64,000 nt of DNA from Desulfobacterales bacterium (GTDB taxonomy: Bacteria > Desulfobacterota > Desulfobacteria > Desulfobacterales > UBA5852). The notes beneath the pieces are model-generated. The model ran no database searches. It saw only the letters and a program-made list of their open reading frames with translations, and was not told where the DNA came from. Where the stretch lies: positions 3,854,984-3,918,983 of the forward strand of contig CAXXEA010000003.1 of assembly GCA_963674885.2 (NCBI GenBank), read 5' to 3'. Below, in pieces: positions 48,145 to 57,691 of the stretch (position 1 is its first letter; every line of letters begins with the position of its first letter). Both the position numbers and the translations under genes were made by a program.

Positions 48145-49404
48145 CTATTTAAAAAGGGTCTCGTAGACTTCCCAAAAATTCGGGAAGGATTTTTCCACAC
48201 ACCCGGGATTGCGGATGCGTGTTCCCGGCGCCTGCAAGCCGGCAATCGCAAAACTCATGGCAATCCGGTGATCGTTGTAGGTTTCAATTTCAGCCGCGAG
48301 GGGTTGCCCGCCCTCAATATATAGATCATCGCCGGAACTGTGCGCCACGATGCCCATTGACTTGAGTTCCTTTATGACAGCGTCTAAGCGATCACATTCT
48401 TTGGCTCTGAGATGCGCCACGTTTTTAATGCAGGACGTTCCCCGGGCAAAGGCCGCCACAACGGCCACCGTCGGCACCATATCGGGCATATCGCCCATGT
48501 CCGTCTCAATGGGCTTCAGTGCCCCGCCGGCCACAGCAATACCGTCTTGCTCGAAACGCACCCGACATCCCATTTCCTCAAAAAGGTGCAGTATTTTCAG
48601 ATCGCCCTGCAGCGAATCGCCCTGAATGCCAAGGACTTTGATCGATTTACCGGTAATGGCGCCCGCAGCCCAGAAATAGGAGGCATTGGACACATCCGAT
48701 TCTACCGTGCAGCTCCCCGGGCAATATTGTTGGCGTCCCGGAACCATAAAATGCTCATACCCTTCCCGTTCCACCGCCACACCAAATTGTTGCATGATAT
48801 CGACGGTCATATCGATATAGGGGCGGGAAACGGCTCCCCGACGGACATCGATCTGCAGACCGCCATCCGTGTTCGGCGCCATCAGAAGCAGGGAGGACAG
48901 AAACTGGCTGCTGATGGAGCAATCGATATCAACGTGTGTGCCGTTCACCTTCCCGCCCGTGATCAGCAGGGGCGGACATCCATTTTGATTCAGGGACCGG
49001 GCCGGCACCCCGATTTGCCCCAGGCTGTCTAGCAGGGCCTGAACCGGTCGCTCCTGCATGCGGCGTGTACCGGTCAGCAAGTATTCACCCTGGCCCAGCG
49101 CCGCGAGCGATATCAGCAGGCGCATGGAGGTACCTGAATTGCCCAAGAAAATCGGGTCTTCGGTTGGACGGAAATGGCCGTTGCATCCGTTGATTTCAAT
49201 GCCGGAGGTGGCCTCTTTGATCGAAACGCCCATCTGTTGCAACGCATTCATGGTGAGTTGGGTGTCTTCGCTTCTCAGGGCATTTCGAATCACGGATTTC
49301 CCATCGGCCAGAGCGGCCGCAATGAGAACACGGTGGGTATAGCTTTTGGATCCAGGAATCTGAACGACGCTGTTGCGAACAGGCTGTGATGGCGTGACGA
49401 ACAT
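48145..49404 (-). CDS. aroA: 3-phosphoshikimate 1-carboxyvinyltransferase (EPSP synthase)
   Basis: IPGSKSYTHRVLIAAALADG, LGNSGTSMRLL, and a full-length two-domain architecture. Started at ATG 49404 (MFVTPSQP) with GGAGGG upstream. The TTG-extended ORF runs into the repeat element. Confidence 0.9.
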   Translation of the reverse strand: MFVTPSQPVRNSVVQIPGSKSYTHRVLIAAALADGKSVIRNALRSEDTQLTMNALQQMGVSIKEATSGIEINGCNGHFRPTEDPIFLGNSGTSMRLLISLAALGQGEYLLTGTRRMQERPVQALLDSLGQIGVPARSLNQNGCPPLLITGGKVNGTHVDIDCSISSQFLSSLLLMAPNTDGGLQIDVRRGAVSRPYIDMTVDIMQQFGVAVEREGYEHFMVPGRQQYCPGSCTVESDVSNASYFWAAGAITGKSIKVLGIQGDSLQGDLKILHLFEEMGCRVRFEQDGIAVAGGALKPIETDMGDMPDMVPTVAVVAAFARGTSCIKNVAHLRAKECDRLDAVIKELKSMGIVAHSSGDDLYIEGGQPLAAEIETYNDHRIAMSFAIAGLQAPGTRIRNPGCVEKSFPNFWEVYETLFK

Positions 49405-49436
49405 GAGTTCTGGATAACCCTCCTGATCCGAAGTTA

Positions 49437-49596
49437 GTACGCGTCCACAAATGGCCAATTTGCCCGATCCGCCGAAGGCGGATAAATAGCGGCGTTATGC
49501 GGAAAATTGAATCCTCGGAATATTAACAATAGGCCTGCGGTTAAATTTTCCGCACGCCTTGATCTCAACCAAATTTGCCGATTTCTGGATGGGTAC
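49437..49596. repeat. Long imperfect palindrome element, copy A2 (160 nt, TA-flanked)
   Basis: Collinear with A1. It carries an extra ~20-nt insert holding a small hairpin (ccgccgaaggcgg). Flanking TA lies at 49435-36 and 49597-98. Confidence 0.85.
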
Positions 49597-49631
49597 TATA
49601 TATATAACCCCGTTTGGCGTTTCGTCTAAAT

Positions 49632-49662
49632 AAAAAACCGTGGGTATTTTAGGGTACCCACG
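49632..49662 (-). terminator. Rho-independent terminator after the VOC-family gene
   Basis: A 9-bp stem (ccgtgggta / tacccacgg) with a T6 run on the minus strand (the complement of the A6 run at 49632-37). Confidence 0.7.
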
Positions 49663-49825
49663 GCTTTAATGGTCAAGCAACGTTATTTCAGCGGCACCAT
49701 GAACCGGGGGGTATTCCCAACCAGATGCAATAAAAATACCGGTTCCTTTGCGTCGCCATAGAATATTCGTCCCTTATCGGAAAATTCGATTTGGGTGGAA
49801 TCCGTAAATAATCCCCTGAAATTTG

Positions 49826-50440
49826 TCAAGACATTTGTTGTTTTACTGCCGGTGAGCAGGCATTTTCATCCAGCAGAACCGTGCCTTCGCCCGGGTAGAC
49901 CCTGCGTTGCTCACCGGAAGAAGCCGCAGCACGTCTCGGCCATCGTCCCGGCTGCGGTTCACTGCCCTCGGTTGCCAAAATCGAAGGGGCGGTGTCCGCC
50001 ATGCAGGGATTTCCGCGTAGATCGACATCCGCCACCGGCCAGCTGAATTCAATCGGGATGTGGTTCGGATCAAACGTATAAATCGAATAAATGAAACCGT
50101 GGTCGATCACTTCCGATACCCATTGGTCGGCGTCTTCCAGCCGCTGTTTCAACTGCCAAAGATCCTCTTCGTCACGCACTTCAAATGACACATGGTCAAA
50201 TGCAAAGGACCCCTTCACCGGCACGCCATGATCCTTTTCAGGTAACGGCTCGATGCCCGGCCATTCAAAAAAAGCGATCATGTCATGGGCCGAAATCTCA
50301 AAAAAATAGTGTCGATACCCTGGACGCCCCAGCCCTGCCACGAGACGCATACCCAATAAATCACGCCAAAAGGCAATGGTGGCATCGATGTCACCGGTCG
50401 CCATGGCCATATGGTTGATGCCGGTGTAATTGATTTTCAT
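49826..50440 (-). CDS. VOC (glyoxalase/bleomycin-resistance/dioxygenase) family protein
   Basis: INHMAMATGDIDATIAFWRDLLGMRLV ... FDHVSFEV. Started at ATG 50440, which has GGGAGG 8 nt upstream. Confidence 0.75.
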   Translation of the reverse strand: MKINYTGINHMAMATGDIDATIAFWRDLLGMRLVAGLGRPGYRHYFFEISAHDMIAFFEWPGIEPLPEKDHGVPVKGSFAFDHVSFEVRDEEDLWQLKQRLEDADQWVSEVIDHGFIYSIYTFDPNHIPIEFSWPVADVDLRGNPCMADTAPSILATEGSEPQPGRWPRRAAASSGEQRRVYPGEGTVLLDENACSPAVKQQMS

Positions 50441-50477
50441 GTCGAAAAAGCCTCCCAAAGGTTGAACGCAAGTAGCA

Positions 50478-51710
50478 TCATGGCACGGTGGCCTTGTAGA
50501 TTTCCGCCTGGCCGGAGATACGATAGGCTGCGGCGGCCGCAGGAATCAGCAGGCTATCCCCGCGGCGCAAGGGCAATTTCTCGTCGCTGTCGACGACCTC
50601 CAAGGTGGCCCGGCCATCCAGCACGATCAGGATCTCGATGTTGCGGTCCGGCGTGGCCTCATGCCTGCAACCGGCGTTGATCGTCAATTTGGCCAGAGAA
50701 AATTCCGCCGCCGAGGTTGAAAAACAAGCCTCCGTCTCCGAAATTGGCTGAGCAGTCATAACACCGGGATCACTTGATTGAAAGCAAAGCACCCCCATCA
50801 GTTCATCCCGATCGATGTGTTTCGGTGTCAGTCCGCCACGCAGCACGTTGTCCGAATTGGCCATCAATTCGATGCCCACGCCCTCCAGATAGGCATGCAG
50901 TTGGCCGGCAGGCAGGTACATGGCCTGTCCCGGCACCAATTCCACCAGGTTCAGGATGATCGGTGCCAGGATACCGATGTCCCCCGGATAGGCCGTGCTC
51001 AATTTCAGCACCCAGCGGGATATCGGATCTTCCGGCCATTCGGTCGCAGCCCGATCAAGGGCGTCGGCGATGATCTTATTTTTGGTTTGGCCTTGCAGCG
51101 TCAGCATGTTCTCGAACAGCTGCCGCAAGACCTTTTCCGGCCTGGTGTGGTCCAGTGCTGCAAAAAATGGCGATAGCGTATCGGGGCAATAGCGGCTCAA
51201 TTGTCGGCGGAGATCTTCGATGGCACGGAAGCCATTCAATCCCCAGAATTCGGTCAGTGCGCAAAGAATTTCTGGTTTGTGGTTGCCATCCCGGTAGTTG
51301 CGCTGGGGCGCATCCAGCGGAATCCCGGCGCGATTCTCCCGCTCATAACCGGCGCGGGCCTGCGCCATGTTCGGGTGCGCTTGAATCGATAGGGGTTCGG
51401 CCGCGGCCAGGATCTTGAACAGAAAAGGTAATTGATTGCCAAACCGGCGAATAACGTTTTCACCCAATATCGCTGCAGGGGCTTGTGCGATCCAATCTCG
51501 CAAATTCACGCTACGCCCATTGCAAATCACCTGCGACGGCGCCTTAGGGTGCGCCCCCATCCACAATTCCGCTTCCGGCTGCGGCGATGGCACAGGACGG
51601 CCGGTGAGGTCGGCAATGGCGGTCCGGGATCCCCACGCATATGGCATGACAGGATTTTGGAGTCGTCTTACGCGTTGGGCATCCACCACCATGGTCTTCT
51701 TCACTGTCAT
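50478..51710 (-). CDS. manA: Class I mannose-6-phosphate isomerase
   Basis: LQNPVMPYAWGS, ELWMGAHP, LSIQAHPN, and a cupin C-terminal domain. Started at ATG 51710, preceded by GGGGAGGA. Confidence 0.85.
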   Translation of the reverse strand: MTVKKTMVVDAQRVRRLQNPVMPYAWGSRTAIADLTGRPVPSPQPEAELWMGAHPKAPSQVICNGRSVNLRDWIAQAPAAILGENVIRRFGNQLPFLFKILAAAEPLSIQAHPNMAQARAGYERENRAGIPLDAPQRNYRDGNHKPEILCALTEFWGLNGFRAIEDLRRQLSRYCPDTLSPFFAALDHTRPEKVLRQLFENMLTLQGQTKNKIIADALDRAATEWPEDPISRWVLKLSTAYPGDIGILAPIILNLVELVPGQAMYLPAGQLHAYLEGVGIELMANSDNVLRGGLTPKHIDRDELMGVLCFQSSDPGVMTAQPISETEACFSTSAAEFSLAKLTINAGCRHEATPDRNIEILIVLDGRATLEVVDSDEKLPLRRGDSLLIPAAAAAYRISGQAEIYKATVP

Positions 51711-51819
51711 GACATCCTCCCCATACCGCCGGACAAATAAATATTGTCGGAACAATAAAACTCATGCCATAATTCTGTCAATTGGGCATTTATCTAATCA
51801 ATACGACAGCGGAGTCTTG

Positions 51820-53325
51820 ATGGCAATCGGTCAGCGGTTTCGGAGCAAGGCTTTCTTTCAATCGATCGTCCTTACAATATCTTTCAGTATCTGTCTGTGT
51901 CTGATGGGGCCAGTGGGCACCGGGCCAGACGACCCCCTTTCCGCATGGCTAATTGAACAATCAGCCGGTGGCGTAGTAAACCTGAAGGCACGAAATGGCA
52001 GCACACCGGATCAAATCGACTTGCGCCCCGCTTCGATGATTTACCCTTTATTCGAATGGGCCATCAGTATGATCGCCGGCCTGCTTTCCGTCTTCCTCTT
52101 CACCGGATTTCCCTTGCGCTGGTGCTGGACAGCATTCGGAACACTCATGGCAATGATTTTAGGTATGCCAATTTTTTTCTGGCATATCTTCAATGTGACC
52201 ATCGGCAGCAGCGTTCCGCTTCTGTGCGGGGGATTCGGTTTGTGGACCGCCTATGTTCTCCACCAACCGGCGATCTTTTCCGCCCGATCGTTTTTTCCTT
52301 CCCATGAAACAGACGCTATCGATACCGTTGGCGTGAAACCGCGCCCCGCATCATCCCGGCCTGTTGAACCGATCAGCCCCGGAGCAGGCTTCGCTGATCC
52401 ACCGTTTAATGGCGTTGATTCGCCGCTGATTGCCAGAAATGATAATGCCGTTACCACGGCATTGACCATTGGCCGTTATGAAATTATTCGCTCTATTGGT
52501 AGAGGTGCCATGGGCGAGGTTTTTTTGGGCCGCGACCCCCATATCAATCGCCTGACAGCGGTTAAAACCGTGCGTTTCGAAGAACGTTTCGCCGACGATG
52601 ACATCGAGCAAATCAAGGGGAAGTTTTTCCGGGAAGCCGAAAGCGCGGGCACCCTGTCGCATCCCCATATCGTCACCATCTACGATGCCGGCGAGGACGG
52701 GGATTGCGCCTATATCGCCATGGAGTTCCTGGAAGGATCCACTCTGCTGCGGTTCGCCCGGCGCAAACGCCTGCTGCCGCTCAGAAGGCTCATCCGCTAC
52801 ATGGTGCAAGTCGCTGATGCACTGGATTACGCCCATTCCCAAGGCGTGACCCACCGCGATATCAAGCCTGCCAACATTATGCTGATGCATTCCGGTCAGA
52901 TCAAAATCACGGATTTTGGTATTGCCCACCTGGCCACCTCTTCCCAAACCCAAACCGGTGTCGTGAAGGGAACGCCGTATTATATGTCGCCGGAGCAATT
53001 TTCAGGACAAAAGGTCGATGGCCGGTCCGATATCTTTTCTTTGGGGACCACCATGTTTCAACTCCTCACCGGAACTCTGCCGTTCTATGCCGAAAGCCCG
53101 GCCCTGCTGATGAACCAGATCATGAACTTCCCCCATCCCAACCCGCGTGCCATCAACCCGCGTGTGATTCCGGCCGTTGTTGCCATTGTGGACAAGGCGC
53201 TTGAGAAAGACCGGGACAACCGCTACCAAACCGCTAAGGATCTGGCCCGGGATCTATGCCGGCTGGACAAACGCATCATGGCGGTGCTGCGCAAAGATCG
53301 CGCACGAAGCGCACCGGGGAGATGA
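51820..53325 (+). CDS. Hanks-type Ser/Thr protein kinase with N-terminal multi-TM region
   Basis: The kinase domain lies in the C-terminal half (YEIIRSIGRGAMGEVFLG, AVKTV, HRDIKPANIML, DFGIA, GTPYYMSPEQ). Started at ATG 51820 (GGAG upstream), because the ORF-track start of 51436 lies antisense inside manA. Confidence 0.85.
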   Translation: MAIGQRFRSKAFFQSIVLTISFSICLCLMGPVGTGPDDPLSAWLIEQSAGGVVNLKARNGSTPDQIDLRPASMIYPLFEWAISMIAGLLSVFLFTGFPLRWCWTAFGTLMAMILGMPIFFWHIFNVTIGSSVPLLCGGFGLWTAYVLHQPAIFSARSFFPSHETDAIDTVGVKPRPASSRPVEPISPGAGFADPPFNGVDSPLIARNDNAVTTALTIGRYEIIRSIGRGAMGEVFLGRDPHINRLTAVKTVRFEERFADDDIEQIKGKFFREAESAGTLSHPHIVTIYDAGEDGDCAYIAMEFLEGSTLLRFARRKRLLPLRRLIRYMVQVADALDYAHSQGVTHRDIKPANIMLMHSGQIKITDFGIAHLATSSQTQTGVVKGTPYYMSPEQFSGQKVDGRSDIFSLGTTMFQLLTGTLPFYAESPALLMNQIMNFPHPNPRAINPRVIPAVVAIVDKALEKDRDNRYQTAKDLARDLCRLDKRIMAVLRKDRARSAPGR

Positions 53326-53444
53326 CATGACCCCGCACGAAGCCGCAGTCCCCTGCTGAAATTGATGAACCACGTGGTGTGATCCTGTCTGTGAATGACG
53401 CGGAAAGGACGATTCGCATCGGTCTGGTGCAACGGCTCGACAGC

Positions 53445-53472
53445 TTGACTTGCCGGGGTTATCTGCTATAAT
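53445..53472 (+). promoter_or_regulatory. Candidate sigma70 promoter upstream of the PP2C gene
   Basis: TTGACT at 53445-50, a 16-nt spacer, then consensus TATAAT at 53467-72. Lies about 100 nt upstream of the start at 53574. Confidence 0.45.
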
Positions 53473-53573
53473 TTTTTTTCGTACTTATAATACCTAAACC
53501 ATTTGAGATCATTGTATAATCAATTGTGTAACATTATTCCTTATCGCTGTGTGCGAGCGGCAAACCTTTTGGG

Positions 53574-54392
53574 ATGGCCATGATCGTTATCGCATCCGCA
53601 GGTCTTTCCGATATCGGGCGGAAACGCCATTCCAATCAAGATGCTTTTTTGATGGATGATGCCCATGGCCTCTATGTGGTGGCCGATGGCATGGGAGGGC
53701 ATCAAGCAGGCGAAGTGGCCTCACAAATTGTGGTTGATTCGATTCATCAATATTACGCTGCAAGTCCGCCCGATGCAGATCAAGAGACGACACGGCATGA
53801 CCCTTCTTTATCTCCGTATGCCAATCGATTGCGCGAAGCCATCCACTACGCAAATCAAAAGGTTTACCAGGCAGCGGCGGACAATAAGGCCTACCGGGGC
53901 ATGGGATCGACTTTGGCCGCAGTCCACTTTTCCCGGAACACGTTCATTGCCGCCAATGTTGGCGACAGTCCCATTTATCTCATTCATGAAAATGCGATTG
54001 AGACCCTTTCGGTGCCGCACACCCTGATGGCCGAGCAACGGGAGTTCCATCCGGAAGACCAGACCCTCTTCAGCCCAGACCTGCAGCACATGCTGACAAG
54101 AGGCATGGGCGTGGAAAACACCGTTCAGCCTGACATTTGTGAGTCTCCCTGTTTTAACGGTGATCGTCTTGTTCTTTGTTCGGACGGCTTGAGCGGCAAA
54201 GTCACACCGGAAGAGATGCTCGCTGTGGTAGCGGCCCACAGCGCCCCCGACGCTTGCCAAAAACTCATTGAAATGGCAAACCAGCGAGGGGGCGATGACA
54301 ATATTACCGCCCTTGTCTTGCACGTTGATACCGCCAACACGCTTTTCCAACGGCTACGCCATTGGTTCGGCCACTTGAGAGGCGGCAATTGA
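53574..54392 (+). CDS. PP2C-family Ser/Thr phosphatase
   Basis: 272 aa with RKRHSNQDAF, VADGMGGHQAGEVAS, LCSDGL and GGDDNITALV. Confidence 0.9.
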   Translation: MAMIVIASAGLSDIGRKRHSNQDAFLMDDAHGLYVVADGMGGHQAGEVASQIVVDSIHQYYAASPPDADQETTRHDPSLSPYANRLREAIHYANQKVYQAAADNKAYRGMGSTLAAVHFSRNTFIAANVGDSPIYLIHENAIETLSVPHTLMAEQREFHPEDQTLFSPDLQHMLTRGMGVENTVQPDICESPCFNGDRLVLCSDGLSGKVTPEEMLAVVAAHSAPDACQKLIEMANQRGGDDNITALVLHVDTANTLFQRLRHWFGHLRGGN

Positions 54393-54535
54393 TCGGGCCG
54401 TTGCACGTCGGGGACCCTTTGAGACGAATCGGATTGATTCATGAGAGGCGTCATGGAAAATACGCTGCATCTCTTTTTTCCAGAGACCGTCAATTAGCTG
54501 ACTTAGGCGGGTAAGACCAATAAGGGGAAAGACAT

Positions 54536-55246
54536 ATGCCAACCATCACCCTCAAGTTTAAGAACAACACCATTGGAACCTACGATTTGCAATCGGGGCA
54601 GACGCTCACCATCGGACGATTGGACGACAATGACATCGTCATCGAGAACCTGGCGGTTTCCGGCCGGCATGCCAAGATCGATACGGTTGGCGAAGGCTAT
54701 CTCCTGACGGATTTGCAGAGCAAAAATGGTTGTTTTGTGAATGAAAAACTCGTTGCTTCGCACTGGCTCAATCATGGTGACAAGGTGAGTATCGGCAAAC
54801 ACCTCCTCCAGTTTACTTTCAAGGAAGGAGAGGTGCGCCCCCCCGCCCCGTCCGTTGATCAGCGGGATCAAACCATGGTGATGGATACCGGGCATTATCG
54901 CGACATGCTTTCCAAAAGCGGTGCGGAAGGACGATTATCATCCGAAACCGGCAAACCGGTGGGGGTTTTGTCCTATCTTGCCGGCGGAGAGGGTGAATTC
55001 GAACTGGCGCGCAAATTGGTCAAAATCGGTAAAGACCCCAATAGTGACATCCAAGTCAGCGGCCTCACCATCGGTCATACGACCGCCACCATCAGTAAAC
55101 GCCCCAATGGCTACGTGTTGAGCTATGTTGCCGGCCTATCCAAACCCAAGGTCAACGGCAAGGCCGTCAAGCAGTCCGTTGCGCTGAATGAATTCGATGT
55201 CATAGAAATCGGGTCGCTCAAGCTGCAGTTTTTTACCAAAGAATGA
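54536..55246 (+). CDS. Protein with two FHA domains
   Basis: 236 aa. FHA-1 is TIGRLDDNDIVIENLAVSGRHAKI ... DLQSKNGCFVN. FHA-2 is VKIGKDPNSDIQVSGLTIGHTTATI ... KPKVNGK. Confidence 0.85.
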   Translation: MPTITLKFKNNTIGTYDLQSGQTLTIGRLDDNDIVIENLAVSGRHAKIDTVGEGYLLTDLQSKNGCFVNEKLVASHWLNHGDKVSIGKHLLQFTFKEGEVRPPAPSVDQRDQTMVMDTGHYRDMLSKSGAEGRLSSETGKPVGVLSYLAGGEGEFELARKLVKIGKDPNSDIQVSGLTIGHTTATISKRPNGYVLSYVAGLSKPKVNGKAVKQSVALNEFDVIEIGSLKLQFFTKE

Positions 55247-55368
55247 CGGCTGAGCTAAAGGCGCGCGATCGGCGTTACGCTTCGCCCCTCGTCAATGCGA
55301 CGTACGCGATGTACGCCTCCTTCCTCGTGCCTCGCAAGCCTTGATCTCGAACCTTTAGCTCAGCCGTC
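55245..55368. repeat. Long imperfect palindrome element, short or degenerate copy (124 nt)
   Basis: Perfect 17-bp terminal inverted repeat (gacggctgagctaaagg / cctttagctcagccgtc). The internal words gccttgatctcg, gtacat and cgatcggcgtta match the family core. Its first 2 nt overlap the FHA gene TGA stop. Confidence 0.7.
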
Positions 55369-55449
55369 GGTGCTTAAATAAAGACCGCTAAGTTGCCATG
55401 CGCGTTCCGGCATAAAACCGAATACCACCCTATTATCGGGTTGTGAAGC

Positions 55450-56859
55450 GTGAAAGTCGCTTTTCTACATTATCATCTCAGGCCAGGCGGCGTTACAACC
55501 GTTCTGCGCCATCAGTTAGAGGCCCTTAAAGATGACGCCGCATTGCTGGTGATCAGTGGTGAGCCGCCGCCGGCAAATTTCCCGTGTGACGTCGTCTGCA
55601 TCCCTGGTATCGGATATGCGGGTAAAAGCGACCTCACGCAAAATGCCAGCCAGATTGCCGACCAGATCCTTTGTGCGGTTGAGCGGCACTTCGGCGGCCC
55701 CTGTGACCTCCTCCACATTCATAACCCGCTTCTGGCCAAGAACCCTTTGTTGCCGGAAATCCTTCAATCACTCCAACACGCCGGTCTCAACCTGTTTCTA
55801 CAGGTTCACGATTTCGCCGAAGACGGTCGCCCAGGCGTTTTTTACAAAGAAACCGCCTATCCTCAAAACTGCCATTATGGGGTGATCAATCTCAGAGATT
55901 ACCATATTCTCACAAGCGCCGGACTCCTGCCCGACGGCCTGCATTACCTGCCCAATTGTGTGCGCCCCTTCGATGATGCATCGGACGCCCCTACGGGGTC
56001 CTATGGCCTCTATCCGGTACGGGCCATCCGGCGCAAAAACATTGGAGAAGCCATTCTCCTTTCTCTTTTTCTCCCTGGCGATGACGCGATCTATATCACC
56101 CAGCCGCCCAACAGCGCGGTTGATTTTCCCAGCTACAACCACTGGCGGTCCTTTGTCGCCCGTCACAATCTGCCGGTGCACTTCGAGATGGGAAAACACC
56201 GCAACTTCCAGGATCTGGTTTCGGGAGCCAAGTGGGTTCTGACCACCAGCATTGCGGAAGGGTTCGGGTTCGCCTTTCTGGAACCCTGGACGGCTGGGAA
56301 ACGATTGACAGGGCGGCATCTGCCGCAAATTTGCCAAGATTTTGCAAACCAGGGCATCCGTTTGGAACATTTGTACCAAGGCATCCGGATACCGCAGAAC
56401 TGGCTTGGACGCCAACGGCTCCATGATCGATTCCACGCCTGCCTTGAAGCCAATCAGCGTGCATTCGCCCCCCTGTGGCCCGACAGTTGGATGACGGCGT
56501 GTCTGCATCAACTGGAGCGGGCAGAAGCCATCGATTTTGGAATGCTGGATGAGGGGTTTCAGACCGCTGTCATTGATATGGTGCGGCAAATTCCAGCCCG
56601 GCGCAATGCTCTTCTTGAGCGCAATCCTTTTCTTAACACCTTGTTTTCAAATGAAAAGACATCGGATTTGACCTTATTGAACCGTGAGCGTGTGTTAGCG
56701 CTTTATCCTCTCGGCCGCTATCGCGCCAAACTGCTCGAGACGTATGCCCGCATCTTGAAAAAACCGGTGCAACAGGCCATCGACCGCCGAGTGCTTCTCA
56801 CCGGCTATTTAAATTTCCGTAATTTCAGTCTGTTGAAATGGGGCTCTTTTCATGCATGA
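55450..56859 (+). CDS. GT-B-like glycosyltransferase, family uncertain
   Basis: 469 aa with a GTG start. N-terminus MKVAFLHYHLRPGGVTTVL and a later SIAEGFGFAFLEPWTAG, reminiscent of retaining GT-B enzymes. No firm family call. Confidence 0.45.
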   Translation: MKVAFLHYHLRPGGVTTVLRHQLEALKDDAALLVISGEPPPANFPCDVVCIPGIGYAGKSDLTQNASQIADQILCAVERHFGGPCDLLHIHNPLLAKNPLLPEILQSLQHAGLNLFLQVHDFAEDGRPGVFYKETAYPQNCHYGVINLRDYHILTSAGLLPDGLHYLPNCVRPFDDASDAPTGSYGLYPVRAIRRKNIGEAILLSLFLPGDDAIYITQPPNSAVDFPSYNHWRSFVARHNLPVHFEMGKHRNFQDLVSGAKWVLTTSIAEGFGFAFLEPWTAGKRLTGRHLPQICQDFANQGIRLEHLYQGIRIPQNWLGRQRLHDRFHACLEANQRAFAPLWPDSWMTACLHQLERAEAIDFGMLDEGFQTAVIDMVRQIPARRNALLERNPFLNTLFSNEKTSDLTLLNRERVLALYPLGRYRAKLLETYARILKKPVQQAIDRRVLLTGYLNFRNFSLLKWGSFHA

Positions 56860-57691
56860 TTCCCGTTTTCGGCACCTTATCCACTATCTTGCCCCCATAC
56901 CCAGTCGGTATCCCGCCGGAGGGGGACTGAACAAGCCCATACGGGCGGCCATATTCGATATTTACGGAACCCTCTTTATCAGCGACGCCGGCGGCATCGG
57001 TACGCCCAAAACGGACGTGCCGCGTGTCTCAGGGCTTGAGGATGTATTGCGTCAATATGGCATCGCCACGTCTCCGGATCGAATTTCAAAGCGGTTGGTT
57101 CAGTCGATCCGAACAGCGCACCACGTTAAAAAGGAAAAGGGGATTTCCTATCCGGAAATCGAAATCGATGCAATTTGGCAGGACATTCTCAAGTGGCCGG
57201 ATCGCAATCGCATCCGCGACTTTGCCATTGCATACGAATGGACGGTCAATCCAGCTTTTCCAATGCCCGGCCTTGATGAAACGCTCCGCACGCTGCGGCA
57301 CCGGGGGCTGAAAATGGGGATCATCTCCAACGCGCAGTTTTTTACCCCCCTGCTCTTTGAATGGTTTTTGGGAGCCCCCCCGACCGATCTCGGATTCGAT
57401 GATGACCTGACCCTCTATTCCTACCAGCATGGAGAAGCCAAACCTTCCCACAGCCTTTTTGCCATTTGCGCGGACCGGCTCCGTGATTTGGGATTTCCCC
57501 CGGAATCCGTTGTTTTTATCGGCAATGACATGCTGAACGATATCGTACCGGCAGCCAACGCCGGGTGGCAGACGGCACTGTTTGCCGGCGACCGCCGGTC
57601 CCTGCGATTGCATCGAAACCGGGAAGAATGCCTGAAACTGGAACCCGACCTCGTGTTGACGGATTTAAGACAGTTGCTCGATTGGATCTGA
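56852..57691 (+). CDS. HAD-superfamily hydrolase (motif I is D-x-Y, dehalogenase-like)
   Basis: 279 aa. Motif I AAIFDIYGTLF, motif II GIISNA, motif III GEAKPS and motif IV FIGNDMLNDI. The start overlaps the upstream stop (ATGCATGA). Confidence 0.8.
   Translation: MHDSRFRHLIHYLAPIPSRYPAGGGLNKPIRAAIFDIYGTLFISDAGGIGTPKTDVPRVSGLEDVLRQYGIATSPDRISKRLVQSIRTAHHVKKEKGISYPEIEIDAIWQDILKWPDRNRIRDFAIAYEWTVNPAFPMPGLDETLRTLRHRGLKMGIISNAQFFTPLLFEWFLGAPPTDLGFDDDLTLYSYQHGEAKPSHSLFAICADRLRDLGFPPESVVFIGNDMLNDIVPAANAGWQTALFAGDRRSLRLHRNREECLKLEPDLVLTDLRQLLDWI

Noticed and set aside
51436-51819. N-terminal 128-aa extension of the kinase ORF (ORF-track start 51436)
   Set aside because: This part lies antisense within manA and has an odd Arg/Cys/Gly-rich composition. 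ATG 51820, preceded by GGAG, gives a sensible TM-rich N-terminus.
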